The notes under the pieces: model-generated
The model's database searches: none
Told to the model about the DNA's origin: nothing
Seen by the model: the letters and a program-made list of their open reading frames with translations, nothing else
Program-made: the position numbers and the translations under genes
In this document: piece after piece, positions 49,092 to 58,985 of the stretch
Position numbering within the stretch: position 1 is the stretch's first letter
Layout: the number at the start of each line of letters is the position of its first letter
From: Candidatus Hydrogenedentota bacterium
Lineage (GTDB): Bacteria > Hydrogenedentota > Hydrogenedentia > Hydrogenedentales > SLHB01
Assembly (NCBI GenBank): GCA_045863335.1
Contig: BTVY01000015.1
Span: 69,518-133,517, forward strand
Direction: 5' to 3'
Length of the DNA: 64,000 nt

Positions 49092-52000
49092 TTGCCACGA
49101 ATCTTCGATAACATCGAATTGAACTTGCTCCCCGCTTTGCAGCAAACGCTGGAATCATCACACCGGTCCGACTTCTGCGTCGGTTACTTTAATCTCCGGG
49201 GTTGGAAGCGAATCGATCACCTGGTCGAGCGCTGGCCCGGTGACGCGGGTAACCAGTGCCGCCTGCTTGTGGGTATGCAGCGATTACCCCAGGATGAGTT
49301 GAGACTCGCATACAGCCTGCGAGATGCCGACGATGAAATCAGCAACCAAGCAGTTATAAGAATCAAACGACGTTTGGCGGAAGAGTTTCGGAAACAGCTT
49401 ACGTTTGGGGCTCCCAACGATGAAGACGAAGCCGGGTTACGCCGGCTCGCGGCGCAACTCGAATCCGGTAAGCTGGCAGTGAAGCTCTTCGTTCGTCATC
49501 CGCTTCACGCCAAACTCTACCTCTGTTTTCGCACCGATCAAGACAGCCCGATTGTGGGCTACCTGGGATCGAGCAATCTCACCCTCGCTGGTCTTCACCA
49601 ACAGGGCGAACTCAACGTCGATGTGCTTGACCACGATGCGACACAAAAGCTGGCACGATGGTTTGAGGCCCGCTGGAACGACCATTGGTGCATCGACATC
49701 ACCAAGGAACTCATCCAAGTCATCAACGAAAGCTGGGCGCGCCCTGAAGCCATTCTGCCTTATTGGATCTACGTCAAGATGGCGTATCACTTGGCGGAGG
49801 AGGCCCGCGCCGGGCTATCCGAATTCACCATTCCGGCCGACTTGCGCGGCAGACTACTTGAGTTCCAGTCTGCTGCCGTTCGGATCGCAGCCCGCCACCT
49901 GGAGAAACGAAACGGGGTCATTCTGGGTGACGTGGTGGGACTCGGCAAAACCCTGATGGCAACCGCGCTTGCCCGCGTCTTCCAGGATCCGCCCCACTCA
50001 CTCGAGTCTTTGATTATCTGCCCCAAGAACCTTGTCGGAATGTGGCAAGGCTACGCGGAGAACTACCGCTTGATCTGTCGCGTTGAATCGATATCGCGCG
50101 TCCAATCAGTTCTCCCCGATCTCAGACGCTACCGTATCGTTATCATCGACGAGAGCCAAAATCTCCGAAACCGGGAAGGGCGCCGTTGGCGCGCAATCCG
50201 GGACTACATCGTCCGCAATGCGAGCCGTTGTGTCCTCCTTTCGGCGACCCCATACAACAAGACGTACCTCGACCTTGCGAATCAGATTCGGCTATTCCTC
50301 AATCCTGACGATCCCCTTGGTGTACGGCCGGAAGAGTACCTCCGCCGCGAGTGCGACAATCGAGTGGACGAATTCACCCGCAGACACCAATGTCCGGTGA
50401 ATTGTCTCCAGGCGTTCGAGAAGAGCGAGCATCCTGACGACTGGCGAGAACTGATGCGCCTTTTCATGGTCCGGCGCACGCGCAGTTTTGTCGAGCGCAA
50501 TTATGCCTTCACGGAGTGCCCGGAATGTTCCACGGTCCTGCTTGCGACCGACGAGAAGTGCACAAATTGCCAACGTGCGAAGGCCACTTTGGACCGGCGG
50601 TTCTTAATTCTCGAGACCGGCGAGCGCTTCTATTTCCCGAAGCGTAAGCCCAAGACGCTCAAATTCAAGATTCGAGACGACGATCCCAACGACCAGTATG
50701 CTCGACTCTACTCGGACAGGGTGGTCGACATCGTCCGAGCGCTTCACCTTCCGCGTTACGGCCTCGCAAATTATCTCAAGCCCTCCTTCGATGAGCCACC
50801 GACGCCACAAGAAGCGGACGTGATGAACAACCTGTCACGAGCAGGAAGGCGGCTCATTGGATTCTGCCGTACAAACCTGTTCAAGCGGCTTGAGAGTAGC
50901 GGGTATGCGTTCCTCCTATCGGTGCGCCGCCATATCCTTCGCAATTACATCTTTCTTCACGCACTGGAAAACGGGCTGCCGCTCCCCATCGGAACGCAAG
51001 ACGCGGCCCTATTCGATACCCGGAACGATGACGAGGATTTTGACAGTTCGACCACCCCCGTGCTTTTCGAGGACGACGGGGAAAACTCCGGTTTCAGCGC
51101 CTACGTAACCGCAACGACCTTGGAGGAATTTGCACAGGAGGGGGCCAACGGGTACCAGATACTTCGCAGAGACTTGGAAAGCCGATTCGATTGGCTCGGA
51201 GCGCATCTATTCGAAGACGGCTTGGCCCTTCATCTCAAAGAAGACGCCGAACGAATGTTCAAGGTACTCGAGATCGGCGGTGACTGGGACCCCATGACGG
51301 ACGCGAAACTATCCGAATTGGAGAAGCTACTCACGAAGACGCATCCTCGCGAAAAAGTGCTCGTGTTCTCCCAATTCGCGGACACCGTTCACTACCTCGC
51401 GCATCAGCTTGGTGGCCGGGGTCTTACTCACACGGCCCCGGTTACGGGCGATACGGGCGATCCCGCGGCCACCGCCTCGCGATTCAGCCCGGAAAGCAAT
51501 CTGGTACGTGACAAGGTTTCCCCGAACGATGAGCTTCGCGTTCTGATCGCAACGGATGTCTTGAGCGAAGGTCAGAATTTGCAGGACGCCGCGCTCATCG
51601 TCAACTACGACCTTCCATGGGCCATCATCCGGCTTATACAACGCGCGGGCCGCGTGGATCGTATCGGTCAGCATGCGGAAGAGATTCTGTGCTACTCGTT
51701 CTTGCCCGCCGACGGCGTCGAGCGGCTTATCCGGCTTCGCTCGCGGGTGAACCAACGCCTCCGGGAAAATGCTGAAGTCGTCGGCACGGACGAAACGTTT
51801 TTCGAGGATGAACGTCACGATTCCATGATTCGCGATCTCTTCACCGAGAAATCGAGCATCCTCGATGATCCCGAAGACAACGAAGTCGATCTCTCATCCC
51901 TCGCCTACCAAATCTGGAAAAACGCGAGCGACGCCGACCCCACGCTCCGAAAGTCCATACCGGACTTGCCGAACGTCGTATTCTCCACAAAATCCTCGAC

Positions 52001-52583
52001 CGCAGTACCGGCCAAACCAGACTCGCCAGCGGAGCACCGCGCCACCCCCGGGGTGATGGTGTACGTGCGCACTGGCGACGGCAACGATGCCTTGGCCTGG
52101 ATCGACCCGAATGGCCGGACGGTCACCGAGAGCCAGCACGAGATTCTCCGGGCCGCCGCGTGCGAACCGGGCACCCCCGCGCTGCCCCGTATCGAGAATC
52201 ACCATCCGCTGGTGGAACAGGCCGTCATCGCCATTGCCGCGGAACACAAGTCGACGGGTGGCCAGTTGGGCCGGCCCAGCAGCGCCCGGCGCCGTGTTTA
52301 CGAACGTCTCAAGGACTACGCCGCAAGCGTCAAGGACACCTTGTTCGACGTGAAGCCGCTCCATCAGGCCATCGACGCCATCTACGAACAACCACTCACG
52401 GAGTCGGCAAAAGACCTGTTGAATCGCGAATTGCGCACCGGTATTCCCGACGAGAAGCTGGTTGAGTTGGTGATGTCGCTACACGAGGAAGACCGGCTTT
52501 GCGTACCCCAGGACGACGCGGACGCGGGCGAACCCCAGATCATATGCAGTCTCGGAATCCGTGAGGACGAATCATGCCGCTGA
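49092..52583 (+). CDS. PLD-nuclease domain + SNF2-like SF2 helicase
   Basis: LHAKLY and YLGSSNLT (PLD); DVVGLGKT, IIDESQN, SATP, SEGQNLQ, QRAGRVDRIG. Confidence 0.93.
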   Translation: MPRIFDNIELNLLPALQQTLESSHRSDFCVGYFNLRGWKRIDHLVERWPGDAGNQCRLLVGMQRLPQDELRLAYSLRDADDEISNQAVIRIKRRLAEEFRKQLTFGAPNDEDEAGLRRLAAQLESGKLAVKLFVRHPLHAKLYLCFRTDQDSPIVGYLGSSNLTLAGLHQQGELNVDVLDHDATQKLARWFEARWNDHWCIDITKELIQVINESWARPEAILPYWIYVKMAYHLAEEARAGLSEFTIPADLRGRLLEFQSAAVRIAARHLEKRNGVILGDVVGLGKTLMATALARVFQDPPHSLESLIICPKNLVGMWQGYAENYRLICRVESISRVQSVLPDLRRYRIVIIDESQNLRNREGRRWRAIRDYIVRNASRCVLLSATPYNKTYLDLANQIRLFLNPDDPLGVRPEEYLRRECDNRVDEFTRRHQCPVNCLQAFEKSEHPDDWRELMRLFMVRRTRSFVERNYAFTECPECSTVLLATDEKCTNCQRAKATLDRRFLILETGERFYFPKRKPKTLKFKIRDDDPNDQYARLYSDRVVDIVRALHLPRYGLANYLKPSFDEPPTPQEADVMNNLSRAGRRLIGFCRTNLFKRLESSGYAFLLSVRRHILRNYIFLHALENGLPLPIGTQDAALFDTRNDDEDFDSSTTPVLFEDDGENSGFSAYVTATTLEEFAQEGANGYQILRRDLESRFDWLGAHLFEDGLALHLKEDAERMFKVLEIGGDWDPMTDAKLSELEKLLTKTHPREKVLVFSQFADTVHYLAHQLGGRGLTHTAPVTGDTGDPAATASRFSPESNLVRDKVSPNDELRVLIATDVLSEGQNLQDAALIVNYDLPWAIIRLIQRAGRVDRIGQHAEEILCYSFLPADGVERLIRLRSRVNQRLRENAEVVGTDETFFEDERHDSMIRDLFTEKSSILDDPEDNEVDLSSLAYQIWKNASDADPTLRKSIPDLPNVVFSTKSSTAVPAKPDSPAEHRATPGVMVYVRTGDGNDALAWIDPNGRTVTESQHEILRAAACEPGTPALPRIENHHPLVEQAVIAIAAEHKSTGGQLGRPSSARRRVYERLKDYAASVKDTLFDVKPLHQAIDAIYEQPLTESAKDLLNRELRTGIPDEKLVELVMSLHEEDRLCVPQDDADAGEPQIICSLGIREDESCR

Positions 52584-55500
52584 ATTTCGCCCGCGCCAGA
52601 CCGTTGCTCCAGCAAGGCAAGCTCAAACAGCTCTTCGTGGAGGAACTGGGGTGGGAGCCGTACCGCAAGTCGATGGATGTCCCCATTGGCGAAGAGCCGA
52701 TCCGCCTGACCGGTATCGCCCAAAAGAAAGGGATGGTGGTCTGGCAGTGTGAGAGCCCCGACAGCCAACTCCCGGATCGGGCCACCCGGCTCAAGTTGCA
52801 CCGGGCCGTCATGCAAACGACCTACGAACATCTCCTGGTGTTCGTGGCGGGAGACCGCTCCTGTCAATCGTGGATGTGGGTCCATCGCGAGCCGGGGCGT
52901 CCCATCCGGGGATGCACACACGAGTACTTCAACGGGCAGATCGGCGATGCGCTTCTCCAGCGGCTGCAACACCTCTTCGTTTCGCTTGAGGAAGAGGAGA
53001 GCGGCCTGTCCATCGCCGAGGTCGCCGACCGCGCGCGAACCGCCTTCAATGTGGAACCGGTCGTAAAGAAGTTCTACGAGCAATTCCGCAAAGAACACGC
53101 GGCCTTTCTCAAGTTCATCAGCGGCATTACCGACGCGGCGGATCGCGAGTGGTACGCCTCGGTCATGCTGAACCGCCTGATGTTCGTCTATTTCATCCAG
53201 TACAAAGGCTTTCTCGACGGAGACCACCAATACCTTCGGAACCGTCTTGCCCAGATGCAGCGGAATCACGGCAAGGACAAGTTCTATTCGTTCTACCGGT
53301 ATTTCCTGCTCCGTCTGTTCCACGAGGGGTTGGGCAAGCCGAAACGGCCGGCCGAACTGGAAAAGCTGGTGGGAAAGATCCCGTACCTCAACGGGGGAAT
53401 CTTTGACGAACACGAACTTGAACGGCCCGAACGGTACGGCAAGGACATTCAGATCCCGGACAAGGCCTTCGAGCGGGTCTTTGATTTCTTCGACCGGTGG
53501 CGGTGGCACCTGGACGAACGGCCCCTGCGGGAAGGCAATGAGATCAATCCCGACGTGCTCGGGTATATTTACGAGAAGTACATCAACCAGAAGCAAATGG
53601 GCGCGTACTACACGAAGGAAGACATCACCGAGTACATCAGCAAGAACACGGTGATCCCCTACTTGCTTGACGCCGCCCGCACGAAGTGCCGTGTCGCCTT
53701 TGAGAATCCCAACGGCCCTACGGTTTGGGACCTGCTCAAGAACGATCCAGACCGTTACATCTACCCCGCCGTGCGCCATGGCGTAGACCAACCACTCCCC
53801 AAGGACATCGCCAAAGGCGTCAATCCCCCCACGATTCACAAGCCCGTGGGGAACGGTCCCGTCCAAACGCTTGAGTTACGCAAGTCATGGAACAAACCCG
53901 CGCCGCCAGAGTACGCCTTACCCACGGAGATCTGGCGTGAAGTTGTGGCCCGCCGCCAGCGATGCGAGGAGATCCGCACGAAGCTGCTCGCCGGGGACGT
54001 CCGCGACATCAATGATCTCGTGACCCTCAATCTCGATATTCGACAATTCGCGCAGGACGCGATCGAGAATTGCGAAGGACCCGACTTGCTCCGCGCGTTC
54101 TGGAAGTCCGTCGAAGGAATCTCCATCCTCGATCCGACCTGTGGTTCCGGCGCCTTTCTCTTTGCCGCGCTGAATATCCTCGAACCCCTGTACGAAGCCT
54201 GTCTTGACCGGATGGAAGCGTTTCTGCAGGACGAGGCCACCCGCGCAACTAAGAAGCTCAAAACAACGCCCCACGGCTACCCGCTGCTGCCCCACGGCAA
54301 GTTCGAAGACTTTTCCAAGGTGCTCGATCACGTCGCCGCGCACCCGAGCCGCCGCTATTTCATTTACAAGAGCGTCATCCTCAACAACCTCTATGGCGTG
54401 GACATCATGGAGGAAGCGGTCGAAATCTGTAAGCTCCGCCTCTTCCTCAAACTGGCCGCCCAGGTTGACCCGGATGCCGGGAAACCCAACTTCGGCATCG
54501 AACCGCTACCGGATATCGACTTCAACATCCGCGCGGGCAACACGCTAGTGGGCTTTACCTCAATGGAGGAAATTCGCAGGGCGCTCGGCGGCGACTTGGT
54601 CAGACAGTTCGACCTACCCGCTATAGAGGAAAAGTCGGCCGACACCGACCTCGCATTTAGGCGCTTCCGGGAAATGCAAACGAGGCTCGGCATGGACAGC
54701 GAGGAATTCGCAGAGGCCAAGCGCGAACTGCGAAGGCGGCTTAAGACTCTGAACGACGAGCTAAACCAATACCTTGGCGCGGACTATGGCGTGAATTCGA
54801 GCAATCGGGCCGGATTTCAGAACTGGCTGAAGTCCCATCAACCGTTTCATTGGTTCGTCGAGTTCTATGGCACTCTCAGTACGGGCGGGTTCAGCGCGAT
54901 TATCGGTAACCCTCCTTACGTTGAGCTTACGAAAATCAAAGAGTACTCGATACGGAGGTTAGATTCGACTGTTTGTGGAAATCTTTACTGCCCCATGGTT
55001 GAGCGTTTTACAACGCTAGGTTCGCGCAATTTTCGACTCGGAGTAATCGTTCCGCTTAGTCTTTCGTCAACTGAACGAACCCGAGGGTTGCGGGATATTC
55101 TCGTAACCCGACTCGGGACCGCATGGGTGAGTCATTATTCTGGTGATGCCCATCCGTCCAAACTATTCGAAGGAGTGAAATTTCGGCTTGACATACTAAT
55201 CGGTCAAGGGGGTTCGGACTTTACCCTGTTTTCTAGCCAGTATCTAAAATGGTTCGCCGGTGCGCGTCATAACTTGTTTAGCCAGATCAACTACGAATCC
55301 GTCCCCACCAATCTTTGGCACCTAAACCAATTTCCGAAAATTGGCACAATACTAGGGCGATCTATTTTGTCCAAATTACTAAGCCGCCCTTCGCTTGGTC
55401 TGCTGCTCTCTCAAGGTGGCGAGACCGTTTACGTTCATCGAGTCATTACAATGTTCATCAAGGCTTTCGACTTTGTGCCTTATTTTTGCAGTGAAGAGCA

Positions 55501-55951
55501 CGGAGCCAAGAAGTCCGACGACTATAAGCCGTTCCAGTTTGCATCCGGCGACCAAAGGGACGTTGTCGCGGCAATTCTGAACAGTTCGACGTTTTTTCTG
55601 TACTTTGTGATTCTAGGGGACTGTTTTCATTGCGGTAAAGGCTACGTACTGAATTTCCCATTTGATTTCGCCAAGCTGTCGGAGAGTATGGTCCGGCGAT
55701 TCTCGGCGTTATGTCATCGGCTTATGGTCGATCTCCGCAACAATGCAATACGAAGGCGCGCCGTCTCGGGCCAGACGGGTGCTATAGAATATGACGAGTT
55801 TTGGCCCAGCAAATCCAAACCGATTATCGACGAGATTGATCATCTCCTCGCCCGCCACTACGGTTTCACCGAGGAAGAACTGGATTACATCATCAACTAC
55901 GACATCAAGTACCGCATGGGCCGCGACGGGATCGAGGAGGACGGCGATTGA
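52574..55951 (+). CDS. Large N6-adenine DNA methyltransferase (Eco57I/type IIG-like)
   Basis: PYLNGGIF, GAYYT, DPTCGSGAFL, YGVDI, GNPPY; overlaps the helicase stop. Confidence 0.93.
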   Translation: MPLNFARARPLLQQGKLKQLFVEELGWEPYRKSMDVPIGEEPIRLTGIAQKKGMVVWQCESPDSQLPDRATRLKLHRAVMQTTYEHLLVFVAGDRSCQSWMWVHREPGRPIRGCTHEYFNGQIGDALLQRLQHLFVSLEEEESGLSIAEVADRARTAFNVEPVVKKFYEQFRKEHAAFLKFISGITDAADREWYASVMLNRLMFVYFIQYKGFLDGDHQYLRNRLAQMQRNHGKDKFYSFYRYFLLRLFHEGLGKPKRPAELEKLVGKIPYLNGGIFDEHELERPERYGKDIQIPDKAFERVFDFFDRWRWHLDERPLREGNEINPDVLGYIYEKYINQKQMGAYYTKEDITEYISKNTVIPYLLDAARTKCRVAFENPNGPTVWDLLKNDPDRYIYPAVRHGVDQPLPKDIAKGVNPPTIHKPVGNGPVQTLELRKSWNKPAPPEYALPTEIWREVVARRQRCEEIRTKLLAGDVRDINDLVTLNLDIRQFAQDAIENCEGPDLLRAFWKSVEGISILDPTCGSGAFLFAALNILEPLYEACLDRMEAFLQDEATRATKKLKTTPHGYPLLPHGKFEDFSKVLDHVAAHPSRRYFIYKSVILNNLYGVDIMEEAVEICKLRLFLKLAAQVDPDAGKPNFGIEPLPDIDFNIRAGNTLVGFTSMEEIRRALGGDLVRQFDLPAIEEKSADTDLAFRRFREMQTRLGMDSEEFAEAKRELRRRLKTLNDELNQYLGADYGVNSSNRAGFQNWLKSHQPFHWFVEFYGTLSTGGFSAIIGNPPYVELTKIKEYSIRRLDSTVCGNLYCPMVERFTTLGSRNFRLGVIVPLSLSSTERTRGLRDILVTRLGTAWVSHYSGDAHPSKLFEGVKFRLDILIGQGGSDFTLFSSQYLKWFAGARHNLFSQINYESVPTNLWHLNQFPKIGTILGRSILSKLLSRPSLGLLLSQGGETVYVHRVITMFIKAFDFVPYFCSEEHGAKKSDDYKPFQFASGDQRDVVAAILNSSTFFLYFVILGDCFHCGKGYVLNFPFDFAKLSESMVRRFSALCHRLMVDLRNNAIRRRAVSGQTGAIEYDEFWPSKSKPIIDEIDHLLARHYGFTEEELDYIINYDIKYRMGRDGIEEDGD

Positions 55952-56067
55952 CTCGGGATGGCGCAGCGAGGATTGGAGATTGCGTCGGAAGGGTGTGTAG
56001 GTGTCCTTAACTTCGGCCTTTGCGGTTCTCGCTGTTATCGCCGACTTCAACGGGAGACCAATTAAAC

Positions 56068-56889
56068 GTGCTATCGCGTGCCACCGCCATACGCTTCGAC
56101 CGGCCGATCTCCACTGGTAAGACTCGGCCATGTTTCATCGGCTGCGTAAAGGATGACGGTTCGGAAGTCGAGTTGGTTGTGAAATTCGCGGCAGGCTGCG
56201 AAACGAGGCACGCGTCGTTGATGCGGGAAGCGGTGGCGGCGATGCTCGCGGCCGACTTGGATCTGCCCGTGCCAGAGCCGTACTTGGTCATGGTCGAGCC
56301 GGAATTCGCGGCGACGATTCCGGATCGCGAAGTGAAAGACTTGGCGCAAGCAAGCATAGGATGGAACTTCGGTTCGGCAAAACTACCGCCGGGCTTCTCC
56401 ACAATGCCGTGCGATAGACCCTTGGCGCGCGACCTGCTGCAAACGGCAGGAGAAATCCTCGCTTTTGACACCTTTATCTGCAATGACGACCGCCGGGTGA
56501 CCAATCCGAATCTGCTTTCGAACGGCAGGGAGTTTGCCATATTCGATCACGAACTGGCATTCTTTATGAGACTAAGACTTGACTGGAAATCGCCGTGGGA
56601 GCCTGGAGCAATCCAGTTCAATCTCGCCGGGCCAACCGATTCGCGGCATGTGTTTCTCGATCAGTTGGCACGACATTCCGTCAACCTGGACCGGCTCTCT
56701 GGAGCCATTGAGGCGATCACGTCCGAGCGGCTTGCCGAGTACAAGAGCGTCCTGCCGGATGAGTGGCTGAATGACGGGGCTGAGATTGATTCCATTCTGG
56801 ATTACATTGGACAGTTGCGGGACCGTTTCCCCGAGGCTGTACGCGAGTTCACGCGGGCCATCACTGAAGTCAAAGGAGCGTTGCCATGA
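56068..56889 (+). CDS. HipA-like kinase
   Basis: GKTRP loop, VVKF, REAVAAMLA, FDTFICNDDR..NPNLL, IFDHE. Likely GTG start at 56068. Confidence 0.85.
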   Translation: MLSRATAIRFDRPISTGKTRPCFIGCVKDDGSEVELVVKFAAGCETRHASLMREAVAAMLAADLDLPVPEPYLVMVEPEFAATIPDREVKDLAQASIGWNFGSAKLPPGFSTMPCDRPLARDLLQTAGEILAFDTFICNDDRRVTNPNLLSNGREFAIFDHELAFFMRLRLDWKSPWEPGAIQFNLAGPTDSRHVFLDQLARHSVNLDRLSGAIEAITSERLAEYKSVLPDEWLNDGAEIDSILDYIGQLRDRFPEAVREFTRAITEVKGALP

Positions 56890-57737
56890 AAACACCGTAC
56901 ACCTATTCGGTATTGCGCTACGTTCACGACACGACTACCGGCGAATTCATCAACGTGGGCGTCGCCTTGCTTGCACCAAACGAAAGGTACGTGAGTGCCA
57001 TCTGCCGTCCCACTTACGGCAGATTGACGAAGACATTTCCGGGTATGGATGGCGAAGCATTCAAGGGACTCATGCGGTTCATCCAATCCCAGTTCGAGGA
57101 AATGGGCGGCCATCTGTGTGGTGACTTGCCTTTCGACGAGGCACCCAAATCCATTATGGAACTCGCGCATAAGGTGCTGCCACCGGACGATAGTTCGTTA
57201 CAATGGTCGCCGGCAGGGAGCGGACTGACCGAAAACCCGTCTCAAACATTGGAACGTCTGTTCGAGCGTATGGTTGTTGCGTATGATGAAAAACCGCAGC
57301 GTGAAGTTCGATCGGACGACCAAGTCTGGCACCGGTACAGACGCGATCTCGAAACCCGCCACGTAATAAGGCACCTCAAACCAAAGCGTATCGCCGTAGA
57401 AGATGATGAAGTGGAGTTTCGGTACGCGTGGAAGAACGGGATTTGGCATTGTCTGGAGCCTGTTTCACTTGATCTTGCGCTAGCCGACAGCATACGCGAC
57501 AAGGCGCATCGCTGGCTCGGTCATATCTCGAGCGTTCAGAACGCCGCAGAACCGTTCAAGATTTACTTTCTACTCGGTCAGCCGCAACGTGCAGATCTCC
57601 AATCGGCATATAAGAGCGCGATCAGCATCTTGGGCAAGATCCCCAGTGAGAAAGAGATTGTGACCGAGGACAACGCGGAACGCTTTTCGGACCAGTTCGC
57701 GCGCGAAATCGAAGCGGCCGAGCATTCGAATACGTAA
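56886..57737 (+). CDS. DUF3037 domain protein (partner of HipA-like kinase)
   Basis: YSVLRYVHD..GEFINVGV, SSLQWS, LERLFERMV; ATGA overlap with the kinase. Confidence 0.88.
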   Translation: MKTPYTYSVLRYVHDTTTGEFINVGVALLAPNERYVSAICRPTYGRLTKTFPGMDGEAFKGLMRFIQSQFEEMGGHLCGDLPFDEAPKSIMELAHKVLPPDDSSLQWSPAGSGLTENPSQTLERLFERMVVAYDEKPQREVRSDDQVWHRYRRDLETRHVIRHLKPKRIAVEDDEVEFRYAWKNGIWHCLEPVSLDLALADSIRDKAHRWLGHISSVQNAAEPFKIYFLLGQPQRADLQSAYKSAISILGKIPSEKEIVTEDNAERFSDQFAREIEAAEHSNT

Positions 57738-57742
57738 TCTCG

Positions 57743-57907
57743 ATGGAGCGTTGTGATACTGGCGACTATTCGTTCGTGCGGTTGGCACGCGGTGATTCCT
57801 CCTATCCAGCGGTTTTGACACATCGCCTAGGGGAATCTGCCCCAAAGCTGACGGCGCGAGGAAACCGGGATCTCCTGCCTTCGGCCAAGACGGCCCTATT
57901 CTGCTCG
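57743..57907 (+). pseudogene. Truncated 5' copy of the SLOG/DprA-like gene
   Basis: SYPAVLTHRLGESAPKLTARGNRDLLPSAKTALFCS vs AYPAPVRRRLGDAAPNLTARGNLDLLALPKTAIFCS (60115 gene); similarity ends at ~57907. Confidence 0.85.
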
Positions 57908-58230
57908 GTGCGGTTGTCGATACGATATGAGAAGTCACCATTGGGAATATGGGGCGCGTCATCTACGTGTTCGAGGTGCAGACGAAGGGCTCTCTGGATA
58001 GCCTCAACCTCAATCTCCTCAAGGCCCTCAAAAATCCGGCCGTTCAAGGGGTTGTCGCCGTTTCGGACACCGTCCAGCTTGAGAAGATCAAGCGCGAAGT
58101 GGAGACGGTAACCGCACTGCGCGAGAAGCTGAAGTACTGGGATTACGCCGAGGTCCTGGAAGTCCACGCCGCACTCGAATCCGTCAACGAAGTCATCAAT
58201 AGCCTCGGCCTCGTCTCCCAGGGGTTCTGA
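57907..58230 (+). pseudogene. C-terminal remnant of a PD-(D/E)xK-like nuclease
   Basis: GAVVDTI*EVTIGNMGRVIYVFEVQTKGS...; VD...FEVQ motif, TGA at 57928 where Trp would fit, N-terminus missing. Confidence 0.6.
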
Positions 58231-58384
58231 GATGCCGTTGGCCACGAGTGCCCGCGTCCAAGGGTGATTCGATCGGCCCCGTCACTTTCTGGAGTGGTTT
58301 GCGGTACTATTCCCACCGAAAGTCAATCTCCGGAATTCGACTTCCGGGCTCCGGGATAGAGCTGAACGTGGCGAGGACAACACG

Positions 58385-58975
58385 TTGGATCGCGCTGAAG
58401 TCAGGGAACTGCATTACATAACACCGCTCGAGAATGTCCCGAGCATTCTCGACCGCGGAATCCTCTCCCATGCGCGTGCGGCGCGGATCGAACACGAATC
58501 AGTGGCTTTGGAGGAGGTTCAATCCCGTCGCAAAGTGAAGCAAATACCGGGGGCGCGGCCGCTACACGAGTACGCCAACCTTTATTTCGACGCGCACAAC
58601 CCGATGCTGTGCCGCCGGCAGGATGAAAACGACCGGATTTGCGTTTTGCGGGTTAGCGCCGATGTGCTGGATCTACCGGGCGTTATCGTGGCGGACATGA
58701 ATGCATCCAGCGATTACGTCACGTTTCGCCCGGTCGCGTCCGGATTGAAGCTATTGGACAGTTCGCGGGTGTTTGCGCGATACTGGACTCATCGGGATAA
58801 TCCAATCGACGAATTCCGGCACAAATCTGAGAAGTGTGCCGAGGTATTGGTACCCGATTTGGTGGCACCGGATTTCATCATTGCGGCGTACGTGGCGAAT
58901 CAAAGGGCCTTGTCCGGCTGGCAGCGCTTGAAGGTCCACGTCGAAGCCGAGATTCGGCATGGGTTCTTCTTCTAG
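58385..58975 (+). CDS. darT: DarT ssDNA ADP-ribosyltransferase toxin (DUF4433)
   Basis: HYITPLENVPSILDRGILS, LHEYANLYF..NPML, DMNASS, KCAEVLV (catalytic E). Confidence 0.92.
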   Translation: MDRAEVRELHYITPLENVPSILDRGILSHARAARIEHESVALEEVQSRRKVKQIPGARPLHEYANLYFDAHNPMLCRRQDENDRICVLRVSADVLDLPGVIVADMNASSDYVTFRPVASGLKLLDSSRVFARYWTHRDNPIDEFRHKSEKCAEVLVPDLVAPDFIIAAYVANQRALSGWQRLKVHVEAEIRHGFFF

Positions 58976-58985
58976 GAGTGGCGAG

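Noticed and set aside
49092-55951. Canonical BREX or DISARM call
   Set aside because: No PglZ/BrxC and no DrmA/DrmB (DUF1998) genes are visible.
57928-57930. TGA recoding (Trp/Sec) or alternative genetic code
   Set aside because: TGA terminates many intact genes in the window and this frame is already truncated; a nonsense mutation is simpler.
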